A stretch of DNA of 63,944 nucleotides, counting the filler, from Octopus bimaculoides (Eukaryota), in NCBI RefSeq assembly GCF_001194135.2. It is 6 parts of 6 records of this genome, joined end to end, with 100 filler letters (N's around TTAATTAATTAA, not from the genome) between each part and the next. Parts side by side here need not be neighbours in the genome. Positions count along the whole stretch, not along the records: positions 5,341 to 32,797 come from NC_069004.1; 5 more parts are not named here. One strand, given 5' to 3'. Under the pieces are notes generated by a model. That model did no database searches, had not been told where the DNA came from, and saw nothing but the letters and a program-made list of their open reading frames with translations. Positions 11,533-22,050 of this stretch are shown piece after piece; positions within the stretch are counted from its first letter, which is position 1; each line of letters opens with the position of its first letter. The position numbers and the translations under genes were made by a program.

Positions 11533-11950
11533 TCATCATCATCATTATTTAGGTGTCCACTTTCCATGCTGGCATGGGTTAGATAGTTTGACTGGAACTA
11601 GTAAGCTGGACACCTGTACCAGATTCCAGGCTGATTTGGCATGGTTTCTATGGTTGGATGCCCTCCCTAATGCCAACCATTTCAAGAGTGTAGGGTTAGG
11701 GTTAGGGTTAGGGTTAGGGTTAGGGTTAGAAAGATATTGATGTTCGTGGAGCCGCAAAGCGTGCAGCACCGTCGGCCTAGCGCACTGTATTCGGGCGGAC
11801 GCAGGCTGGGTGAAAACATGTCAGTGGCACGGGTACCCTCCTTACGTGTCACTGGCATGGGTGCCCCCTTACGTGTCACCAGCACAAGTGCCTTTCACAC
11901 ATCACCAATCTTCTCAAGTAAGGCAAATCGCCAAAGGTCTATTAACTGAA
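11533..11950 (-). mobile_element. RTE LINE 3' UTR copy interrupted by a telomeric insertion
   Basis: CATCATTATTTAGGTGTCCACTTTCCATGCTGGCATGGG...CCCTAATGCCAACCATTTCAAGAGTGTAG, then the insertion, then TTACGTGTCACTGGCA-type repeats resume near 11816. Confidence 0.8.
11691..11729 (+). repeat. Interstitial telomeric repeat: host TAG plus (GGTTAG)6
   Basis: Read directly: TAG GGTTAG x6. TTAGGG is the common metazoan telomere repeat. Confidence 0.95.
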
Positions 11951-12194
11951 AGGCAGTGTATTTCAATAGAAATATGGTAACAAAAGGGTCAAAGTGAACT
12001 AAATTAAAACTTTCCATCAAAATTTCATGTTAATCTATGTTCCAAACAGAAACTTGATAATGACAAAGTTACTTTACTAAATTCTTCCTTATTTTCAAAA
12101 TTAATTGAAACAAAGGCAATGTATTTTAGTGGAAACATGATAAAAAGAAGGTTAAATTTGTTAATGTAAAAAGCCATAATTAAAGAAAGCTTAC

Positions 12195-12282
12195 CAACAT
12201 GAGATGGCCAAACTGTGATGTGTGGGTGTGAATGGTACCAACCAAGTACCCTGAGGGGTTGTTTAAGTTCTATGGCTAATTC
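12195..12282 (-). CDS. BRCC3: BRCC3/BRCC36 exon with the JAMM HxH motif
   Basis: Boundaries attttacag|GAA and G|gtaagc; 88 nt, phase 0-1. Encodes ELAIELKQPLRVLGWYHSHPHITVWPSHV, containing the canonical GWYHSHPHITVWPSHVD. Confidence 0.96.
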
Positions 12283-12403
12283 CTGTAAAATAAAATTTAG
12301 TGAGATTAAAAATTTTGAAGTGAAAATAATAATTCCTTTCTGCTATAGGCCCAAGGCCTGAAATTTTGGGGAGGAAACAAGTCAATTACATTGACCCCAG
12401 TGC

Positions 12404-12800
12404 TCAACTTTCTCTTTTACCTTTTACTCTTTTACTTGTTTCAGTCATTTGACTGCAGCCATGCTGGAGCACTACCTTCAAGGGTTTTTGTTGAACAATC
12501 TGATCCCAGGACTTAATTTTTTTTAAGCCTGGTACTAATTCTATCGATCTCTTTTGCCGAAATGCTACGTTAACAGGAATGTAAACACACCAACACCAGT
12601 TGTCAATCAATGATGGATGGACAAACATAAACACACAAATATATATATATATATATATATATACATGATGGGCTTCTTTCAGTTTCCATCTACCAAATCC
12701 ACTCATAAGGCTTTGGTCAGCCTGAGGCTATAGTAGAAGACACTTGCCCAAGGTGCCATGCAGTGGGACTGAACCCAGTACCATGTGGTTGGGAAACAAG
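12404..12800 (-). mobile_element. tRNA-derived SINE (full-length type, as at 34829-35240)
   Basis: Reverse complement of GGTTCAGTCCCACTGCATGGCACCTTGGGCAAGTGTCTTCTACTATAG...CAGCATGGCTGCAGTCAAATGACTGAAACAAGTAAAAGAG. Confidence 0.85.
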
Positions 12801-12850
12801 CTTTTTACCACACAGCCCAAAAAAAAAACAAAAAAAAGGGGTGAACAAAC

Positions 12851-12929
12851 CTCTGCCTTAATAGATGCAGCTGACAGTTGTTCAGGGGAAATTTCAACAC
12901 GATCAGCTTGTTTGTCAGATCTTCTCAGC
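12851..12929 (-). CDS. BRCC3: BRCC3/BRCC36 exon, 5' part lost in an N gap
   Basis: Encodes LRRSDKQADRVEISPEQLSAASIKAE and ends GAG|gtttgt. Matches BRCC36 LRRSDKRKDRVEISPEQLSAAS.EAE. Confidence 0.93.
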
Positions 12930-13289
12930 NNNNNNNNNNNNNNNNNNNNNNNNNNNNNNNNNNNNNNNNNNNNNNNNNNNNNNNNNNNNNNNNNNNNNNN
13001 NNNNNNNNNNNNNNNNNNNNNNNNNNNNNNNNNNNNNNNNNNNNNNNNNNNNNNNNNNNNNNNNNNNNNNNNNNNNNNNNNNNNNNNNNNNNNNNNNNNN
13101 NNNNNNATCATAATTCATGAAGGAAGGAAGGGAGTGAAACCTAAGATTTGGAGAAATACCCTTCACTGAAAAAAATATTACATTTTCCATCACAGCACAC
13201 TAATAGAGACAGATTTTTAAAATTTTCTTTGTTTTTTGTTGTTGTTTTATTTTGTCTTTTTTTTTTTCTTTTTTTGTCAACTTTGACAG

Positions 13290-13740
13290 AAAAAAACAAA
13301 CAAACATGAGTTCTCTACATTTAGTAGCCTCCCATAGTAGCACTTCCACACCACTTTCTTTGCAGGGTCACAAACTGCAAGTGAACCATCATCCATGCGA
13401 ACACACTTCTCTCCAACATCACAATTTTTTCTGGCACAAGCCGCTCGTCCTCATGCTTCAGATCATTGGCAAACTTCTTCCTTTCTGCTTCACCCCTGGC
13501 TGAGTATACCTGCTTCCCTTCTGGATGCCAGATATAGCTCCTTGCTACTGCCACCCTTCCAGTCCTTCCAAGCTGTTTCTTTGCTCTAATGGCCATGTTA
13601 ACTACATTGTTCCACCACCATGTCCATCTAAGTCTGGTTGGGACTTTGCACCACCCACAAATTTGGTCTGAGACTCTCACTAAGTTGTCTCGTAAGAACC
13701 TCCAGTTATCTTCTATGTTGCAAGTCTGTGACTCCTCCAC
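13290..13740 (-). mobile_element. Decayed RTE LINE ORF fragment
   Basis: Reads NWRFLRDNLVRVSDQICGWCKVPTRLRWTWWWNNVV and, in another frame, MDDGSLAVCDPAKKVVWKC. Confidence 0.8.
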
Positions 13741-14343
13741 CTTTTCAGACAGATAGAGACAGACAGACAGATACAAAGTCACTTTAATGTCCACATTTCC
13801 TTGCTTGCTACATCAGGTTATATAGCGTTTCCATTAGAATTTCACCCTAACACTACCATCACCACCAATAACAGAAATCAATTCTATTGATTTCTTTTTC
13901 CCCTCCATGTACTCAACCGTACTCAAATAATTGACATTGTATTGAACTGAAAAAAATAAATATTTATCCAAAACAGTTAATTTTTCAACATTGACTTAGG
14001 GAGTAAAACCCTAGAGACGCCCTCAGCACAAAAATATAATAGTTAAGCTACTGCCTTTATATTTAATGAAGAAAATTAAATGTAATAATACTTATGTGGT
14101 GGGGATGGGAGAGACCAAAACACTGGTGCCCTCCCTACTCAAACAACTAATTACATATCGTAATTTAACTGAATTATTTTAAACTTGGTTTTAACAGCAA
14201 AACTAAGGGGTAGAGCTAAAATGGTAATCCTTTGGTATTGGTCTACAGAGTGTCGGTGTGAGGAGACGACATCATTCACTTTTTCATCCTTGCCTTTTTA
14301 TGTCATGAGGGAAGGTTGAATGTGGGTGAATAACAGGTGAATC

Positions 14344-14919
14344 TCTGTATTAACACCCACACGATTTTCATTAAGAAAAAAAAAAAACTCAGATTTTTTG
14401 GCATGGAATCAAGTACAATGACCCCCTAATACGCTGCAAATCCCTTATTTTGGTTCAGAAATGGAGGAGGGGGTGAAGAGGGGGGGACCCCTGCATCCCA
14501 GAATCATTAGAAATTTGTTTTTTTTCCTTCATTGAATGAATTCCTGTGACCTCCTAATATGCTATAAAACCCTTTTGGGGGGTCCGAAAAACGGGGTGGG
14601 ATGACGTGGATGCCTTGGAAATTTCACCCCCACTGATCTTTTCACCCGCACGATTTTCACTAATAAAAAAAAAAAAATCGGATTTTTTGGCATGGTATAA
14701 AGTACCCCGCCCTCTAATATGTTGCAAATCCTTTATTTTGGTTCGGAAAAAGCGGGGGCTCCCCACCTTTTTTAAGAGGTCACAGGAATTCATTCAACGA
14801 AAAAAAATGTCCAATCATTCCGGGATGGGGGAATCCCCTCCCCACTTTTTTCCTATTCCACGCAAAAAATTCGATTTTTTTTTTTTCCTAAGTGAAAATC
14901 GTGCGGGTGTTAGTACAGA
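14344..14919. mobile_element. Composite foldback/MITE element
   Basis: TIR TCTGTA(T/C)TAACACCC(A/G)CACGATTTTCA at both ends. An internal direct repeat of the left end lies near 14642. A perfect 21-bp internal inverted pair is TGAATGAATTCCTGTGACCTC / GAGGTCACAGGAATTCATTCA. Confidence 0.75.
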
Positions 14920-15069
14920 AATTTTACCCTTAAACTTGGGGTATGACCTACACAAGTAAATACAATAATTAGAACGTTGACCTTCTCTATAATTAATGCG
15001 CTAGAACTAACTTTACTAATCTTTCGGTAGACGTGTCAATAACCTAAGTAAACAACGACCAACTCTTTT

Positions 15070-15241
15070 TATGAGGGGGTGTTGAAAAGTTCCTGGCTTT
15101 AAGGGTGCCTGATTGGAGGCCCAACCTTCCGAGTTCTTTTACAGGGCTTAGAAAAACTGAAGGAGTGCTGCTAAAAGTATGTGAATCTGAGAGGGGGGAT
15201 ATGTTGAATACAATCACGGAACTTTTCAGTACCTCTCTGTA
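15070..15241 (+). mobile_element. Mariner-derived MITE
   Basis: TA-flanked TIRs (...TGAAAAGTTCC / GGAACTTTTCA...). The interior encodes a mariner C-terminal remnant, LQGLEKLKECC*KYVNLRGGYVE. Confidence 0.75.
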
Positions 15242-16080
15242 AAAAAAAACGGTGGGTACTACATAGAAACGACATGCTGGGTTCCCCCTAATGTCTCCCC
15301 AATAAAGTGTTGTTTTCTTGTTTATAATATCTATTACATAACGATAATTAAGTTAGTTTAATTAGTCTTAGTAACTACAGGCACCGTCAGAGACTCGTAA
15401 ATTATTACATACACTACATATCTGTGGAATCCCAGAAATGTCTATAAAAATTCCAAGGTGCGTTGCTTTATGTCTGTAGAAAATCCATCATAAAACGGCA
15501 ATTAACTCAGTTTAATTATAATTAAGGTTTGTAGTCACTTATATTACGATGATTTAATCATTAAATGGGTGAATGCAACGTCGTTTCTTTGTGGTCCTTT
15601 CTGCCTCATTAAAGGCCGTTGTTTACGTACAAATTCAACAATTTTCTCCATCTTTCTATGGAGCGTCCGACTAAATGTCTTTTATCTGGTAGGTCCCTTT
15701 ACGTTCTGAGTTCGAATTTCACCAAGGTTAACTTTGTTTATCATCGTTATGAGGTCAATATATTAAAGTGGCAGTCAAACAACTGACTTATAGCCCGTTT
15801 CTCTCTTAAAATGTGGCATTCAGCCAACGTGAGCGATTAATATTTCGAAAATGTTGTATATAGATAGCTAGATAGAGTACATAAACATACATACATACGT
15901 ACAATTATACACAATATGACATACATCATACACACTATATATACATGAACACACACACAATATATATATATATATATATANNNNNNNNNNNNNNNNNNNN
16001 NNNNNNNNNNNNNNNNNNNNNNNNNNNNNNNNNNNNNNNNNNNNNNNNNNNNNNNNNNNNNNNNNNNNNNNNNNNNNNNN

Positions 16081-16127
<47 letters not shown>

Positions 16128-16329
16128 GTGTCAGAGTTTTATTTAGTTTTAGAGACGGATAAATCGTGAAAATCAATATTTATTCTATAAAAATGCCTAT
16201 ACATGTTAAGGATTGAAGTGAAACAAGTACTTAAATGATAGACATCAGATTGGATCGAATCAACTTGTAAGCAGCTCCTTTAATCGAAGTACATTCAGTG
16301 AAATATTCAGGTGATGTATACAGATAGCT

Positions 16330-16740
16330 TAACCCTTATGAGATTTTTAATAGCCTATGGGCTAATCCAAAAGCGTACGTTGCTTTGGTCAGAATGTCCG
16401 ATGGGTTGAGATCCCAGAACACAGGACCTGGAGCCAGTTCTGCTTCTCCTCAGTTCAAAGATTTGAGCAAAGTCGACTCCAACATCGGGACCAACTTCGT
16501 GCAAGCATGAAGGCCCACTGGCGAAACGCTGCTCCTCTAAATGGAAACCTTACGTGTCCTTGTGGTTTTGTAGCACGAAGCAAAACAGGCCTTTACGTCC
16601 ACTCAAGAAAACACATAGTAAATGATCCCCAAGCATTCGAGCAAATTGAGTCCTCAACTTGTTCCGTTTGCCAAGAGGTTTGCAAGCCACCAGCAGGCCT
16701 CAAGAGACACATTCGTGTCCATAGAATATGATTACTGCCT
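16330..16740 (+). mobile_element. RTE LINE 3' end with C-terminal zinc-finger-like motifs
   Basis: Reads EHRTWSQFCFSSVQRFEQSRLQHRDQLRASMK...CPCGFVARSKTGLYVHSRKH...CSVCQEVCKPPAGLKRHIRVH. Confidence 0.7.
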
Positions 16741-17206
16741 GAAGCCTCATTTGTCGTTCACGACAAGAAAATCCATTATATATATATATATATATATAAT
16801 AGGCTTTACCACACTTTCAGTTTACTAAATTCATTCACAAGGCATTAGTTGACTCGGGCCTATCGTAAGATACTCGCCCAAGGTTGTACGCAGTGTGGCT
16901 GAACCCGAAACCATGTGATTGTAAAGCAAGCTTTTAAACTACGCAGCCACGTATATTGTAATAGTTTTGAAAGTAAAAAATCAGAAGTTTATATATAAAT
17001 GAACTCGTCCAGTATTTTTTTTATAAGTAAAAATAGTTTTAAGTTTTGTTGAGATGCGAACTAAAATCTGTTTTCTACGCCAGTTTTCTCAATATAAGGA
17101 AGATATTTTCGTTACTTTGATTCTTTGTTGAAATGTAGGTTAGTTTCTTTCTGTCATTTATTTCACCTACTTAAGTCTAAAAACGTTTCTATTTAATTCC
17201 TCGGCC

Positions 17207-18763
17207 ATGTTGCAACTTACCAATCATGTAATGAAAACACAACCTCGTGAAATAACACCCGACGATCTACCAAATAAGGAAGACCACGATAGAAAATACG
17301 GCCGAATAAAAACTGAAAACCATATTTATTCGGCTACTATTGCAGGTAAAGGACCTGCGAAACATTTGGTTAACGATGTAATGTCCATAGCGATACCGGA
17401 AAATCCCGGATCGTTCCCTGAGCAAGGCCACTTGGTATATGTACCGTGCATTCGATGCACTCTCTTCTATCATTGTAAGTCTGAAACCACGAGCAACGCA
17501 AACGTTTTTAAGTGTGGAAATCATATATACATCAACCACTGGGTGTTTTTCCGTTGTTCCCAATGTCCAAATGGCTCCAATTCGCTTGACTGTTATAATA
17601 CCTACCAAATGACAATTCCATGTCCTCTTCCTTACTTGCTAAGAATTTCAAACTTTTATATAGAGCACAACAAAATCTGCACCGGTGGATCAAGATGTTC
17701 TCATTTATTAGCAAACCCGAATGACTATCAATGCTGTAACGATGTCGCTTTTAGTAAGACGAGCATTGAAAAATCTTTGTATCCTAAAACAATAAAAACT
17801 ACACTGGAAACCCTCCCAGCCGTCGATCTGCCGACGAAAATTCATCACAGTTCTCATGACTGTGCTATAGATGGATGCATTGATTATCAAATTTTAATGG
17901 AGACTTTAAACAATGTATCGTGTCAGCTTACTGGCGACATGTGGGTCGGGTCTTTCACAAGGATTTTCAAGGCGGTTAACCTCCACAACAAGGAAGCTTT
18001 GTGCATTAAAGCCGTATGTCTGCATCATTACAAAAACACTGTTTGTCATTCGGTCGATACGGAATTGACGCTTTTCAAACAAATGAACGATAAAGACAAA
18101 ACCAATGAAGATGTTTTATCTCTGTTAGGGGCATTTCGTTTGGAAGACACTGTATATACGGTGTCGTATCTACAGGAGAACGGTTCTTTGATGGAGTACT
18201 TAACACGAGTTGGCTACCTCAGCGAGTTTGAATATATATCAATGGTGGAGGAAATATGTTGCGGAATATCATTTCTTCATTCTCGCAATATTGCCCACAG
18301 AAACCTGACTTTAGAGAATATATTGGTTGGTAAAAATGGTAAATTAAAAATAGCTGGTTTCGGCTCCTCTTGCTTTGTCGCACCCGATAGATATATGAAT
18401 TATCCGTTTGTTACATATACATACGCTGCTCCAGAACTGTTCCAAACACGAAGTTTCGATCCTCTAAAACCGGACATTTGGGCTCTGGGCATCATATCTT
18501 ATTACTTATTTAAACGTGAACATTTATTTCCCGATTCGTGTATTCGTTCTCAAAGTTATTGGCCTCTGAAACAATGGAACCATACAGAACTCAGTCGGAA
18601 TTTTATCGAACATTTGTTAAACCGTGATTTTATTCAACGCCCTAATATAAGCAGTGTGTTGACACATAGCTGGTTCAGTCTTGCCCTCTATGAGATTTAT
18701 TCTGTCAAAAAAAAATACACAAATTCCTTCGAGGGTGGAAAAAAAATTATTGTAAAAAATTAA
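17207..18763 (+). CDS. Intronless TSSK-like Ser/Thr pseudokinase with a Cys/His-rich N-terminal extension (518 aa)
   Basis: Uninterrupted ORF. Kinase subdomains: LCIK (II), DTEL (III), FLHSRNIAHRNLTLEN (VIb), LKIAGFG (VII), YAAPE (VIII), FDPLKPDIWALGI (IX), RP (XI). Subdomains VIII-IX and the lack of introns resemble testis-specific serine kinases; that family call is inference. Confidence 0.88.
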   Translation: MLQLTNHVMKTQPREITPDDLPNKEDHDRKYGRIKTENHIYSATIAGKGPAKHLVNDVMSIAIPENPGSFPEQGHLVYVPCIRCTLFYHCKSETTSNANVFKCGNHIYINHWVFFRCSQCPNGSNSLDCYNTYQMTIPCPLPYLLRISNFYIEHNKICTGGSRCSHLLANPNDYQCCNDVAFSKTSIEKSLYPKTIKTTLETLPAVDLPTKIHHSSHDCAIDGCIDYQILMETLNNVSCQLTGDMWVGSFTRIFKAVNLHNKEALCIKAVCLHHYKNTVCHSVDTELTLFKQMNDKDKTNEDVLSLLGAFRLEDTVYTVSYLQENGSLMEYLTRVGYLSEFEYISMVEEICCGISFLHSRNIAHRNLTLENILVGKNGKLKIAGFGSSCFVAPDRYMNYPFVTYTYAAPELFQTRSFDPLKPDIWALGIISYYLFKREHLFPDSCIRSQSYWPLKQWNHTELSRNFIEHLLNRDFIQRPNISSVLTHSWFSLALYEIYSVKKKYTNSFEGGKKIIVKN

Positions 18764-20139
18764 TCTAAAATTATAGAGAACGGTTGGTTTGTCTTGCCGA
18801 CAATGTGACACTGAACTACTAACTTAGAGAAAAGATAAATTAAGAAAATAATTAAAATTATTATAATTACATTATTTGTTATAATTAATACGTAGCAATG
18901 CCTCAAATTAAGTTTATAGAACTTTAACTTATTTAAAATAACTTTATAAGACATTTTATAAGTTTAAATGCAAATTGCTTTGTAGAGAAAAATGAATTAC
19001 CTCATGTAACCGCTTCAAATTGTTAATCTCTTTGGTCAGATATTTATCTCTCCTTTCTTAAAAACTGCAACATATTTCAAATCAGAAACAAAATGCTTTA
19101 TTTTATCCCGATTTTTCTACATTTTCCCCGCCGATGTCGTCAAGTGTGATTTAGCGTTTGAAATCTTCGAAATCGAAATCAGAAATCTGGATTTTTATCA
19201 TGGTTATCGATTAAAATCGATGACCATAATACCCTTCCCCTCCTTATACTTGTGAACGTAAAATATCTTTAATTTTGAAAATAGAACTGGGTGTAATAGT
19301 ATCGAGGCGATGTTTTACCTCGTTTGCCGAGTTTACGATATGGTTTCGATTCCCTAGATATAATTACATTTAATTTTATGTACGTTTCTGTTCTGACGTC
19401 TTTGAAAAATAGTATGAACGCCACAACATCCAATATGCTCTTCTTTGAATGTATCGCATCAAAAGGAAAGAAACCTATTTTAGAACAAGAATCTAACCAT
19501 TTTGTTATAATTTAAAAGCATTGACTTTAAAGTCACTCACTCTCCCCCTCTTGGATGTTTATACAAAAAAATCTTGAATTATTCTGGGTAATTAATCTCC
19601 TCTATCTCTCTCTCTCATACACACATTCATTAGTAAGTAATCACTAATTGAGTTTAGATGCTCGTTTTTGTTTTGCTTTTTTTGTCCTTGTTGAAACTAA
19701 TTTAATATATTTTTGTAGAATGATTAACATGAGCAATTAGTCTCGTCTAATTTCTTGCATCTCCTTAGCTACTCAGATTCTTTTTGAGAAACACTCAACA
19801 AGAAATGTCCATTTAATTTATTTTACCCTTTGCTTGTCACGTGCATCACATGTGGTACACTGGACATATTTGCTTGGTGTCCATGCATCAAATATGATAC
19901 ACATTCAGAAGTTGTTGTTTTTTCTGTTTTTTTTTTTTTTTAATTTTTAACCACCAGAGTAACTTGAGACTTTTGAAAGGAAAACTTTATATTATTCAGA
20001 ACGTATGAAACAAAGGCTAACTAAAAAATAAGGTAACAAGCATGCAATGGCGGATGCAGGGATGTTGCGCTAGTTGCCCGGGCAACACCCTTTATAGATG
20101 AGCTGACACCAAAAAGAAAATTGGAACCAAGCATTTTCG

Positions 20140-20530
20140 GGCAACTGTTTCATATACGAGACATGACGAACAACAGTTAAGTCAAATAAGCAAATACAAT
20201 CATTCATCAACAGATGCTTGCGTAGTATACTTAAAATCAGATGACCCGAACACGTAAGCAATATGGAGCTATGGCAAAGAACAAACCAAGTTTCGATTAG
20301 GGAGCAAATATTTAAGAAAAAGTGGAAGTGAATTGGTCGCACAATTAGAAGAGACACAGCAAATGTAGCGGGAAGTGCTTTACCGTGGAATCCGGATGGA
20401 TATAGAAAGAGGGGTAGGCCTAAGAACTCGTGGCGTAGATCAACACAAGAGGAACTAGAGAAAGGGGGACATTCATGGCAGAGTATAAGTACAGAGGCGA
20501 AAAATTATGCGACATGGAATTCAATTATAA
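20140..20530 (+). mobile_element. RTE LINE ORF C-terminus (second family)
   Basis: Reads QSFINRCLRSILKIR*PEHVSNMELWQRTNQ...KWK*IGRTIRR...ALPWNPDGYRKRGRPKNSWRRS. Confidence 0.85.
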
Positions 20531-21598
20531 GTGGCTTATACTCCGCGTTGGAGGGTTAAAGGCAAGGAAGGAAGGTTTCATATACAAATGGTCTGCAACA
20601 ACAAAGAATACATAAAAATGAAACCATTTGTTACAAATTGCGATTCACCCACTTATCTTGTATTTTTTTTTTCGAAACTTTTGGGCAACAGAACCCCCAC
20701 CCCAAATCTTGGCTCTCCTCCTGAGCATGGACGTTTAGGACAAACTTATGGAAGTGCTTTGGACATATCATCCTGGTGTCCATGCATCATATACAGGGTG
20801 GTCGCTAGAAGACCGGAAAGTTTGAAGGCAGAACTAACAATCGTTAATTAGATCAGAGCTGGCAGAAACGCCGTCATACCTATTTCGTTATTGCCCACAA
20901 GGGGCTAAACATAGAGGGAACAAACAAGAACAGACGAACGGATTAAGTCGATTACATCGACCNNNNNNNNNNNNNNNNNNNNNNNNNNNNNNNNNNNNNN
21001 NNNNNNNNNNNNNNNNNNNNNNNNNNNNNNNNNNNNNNNNNNNNNNNNNNNNNNNNNNNNNNNNNNNNNNNNNNNNNNNNNNNNNNNNNNNNNNNNNNNN
21101 NNNNNNNNNNNNNNNNNNNNNNNNNNNNNNNNNNNNNNNNNNNNNNNNNNNNNNNNNNNNNNNNNNNNNNNNNNNNNNNNNNNNNNNNNNNNNNNNNNNN
21201 NNNNNNNNNNNNNNNNNNNNNNNNNNNNNNNNNNNNNNNNNNNNNNNNNNNNNNNNNNNNNNNNNNNNNNNNNNNNNNNNNNNNNNNNNNNNNNNNNNNN
21301 NNNNNNNNNNNNNNNNNNNNNNNNNNNNNNNNNNNNNNNNNNNNNNNNNNNNNNNNNNNNNNNNNNNNNNNNNNNNNNNNNNNNNNNNNNNNNNNNNNNN
21401 NNNNNNNNNNNNNNNNNNNNNNNNNNNNNNNNNNNNNNNNNNNNNNNNNNNNNNNNNNNNNNNNNNNNNNNNNNNNNNNNNNNNNNNNNNNNNNNNNNNN
21501 NNNNNNNNNNNNNNNNNNNNNNNNNNNNNNNNNNNNNNNNNNNNNNNNNNNNNNNNNNNNNNNNNNNNNNNNNNNNNNNNNNNNNNNNNNNNNNNNNN

Positions 21599-21637
<39 letters not shown>

Positions 21638-22050
21638 GGTAACTGCATACTCAAACATCTGCCAAGTCACTTTGATAACAGAGCTGTGTGAACGATCAAT
21701 CGACAATCAACGGCCCGTGTCTAATGGCTGCTAAGCTTGTTTCTCACAGATCTCGTTTCGTCGAAAGTTAGATATGCTCACATCAACTATCCATACTGTA
21801 GCACCGAAGTGACTACTAACCGTAATGTCGATATCATTACAGATGTTTCTAACGGTGTTCTTTATGTTTTGCATTTATCAGATACTGCGGAACCGAAATT
21901 ATGTGCAGATGTGTCATGAAACAATTTGGGTTCGCACCAGAGCCGTAGCCAGGTTCCAAAGTTAGTGAGAACGAGCACATAATAAAAGGGCGTTGTGACA
22001 CATATCAAACATTATTTAATTCATTTCTCTTATATTAAGCGAAATATTTC

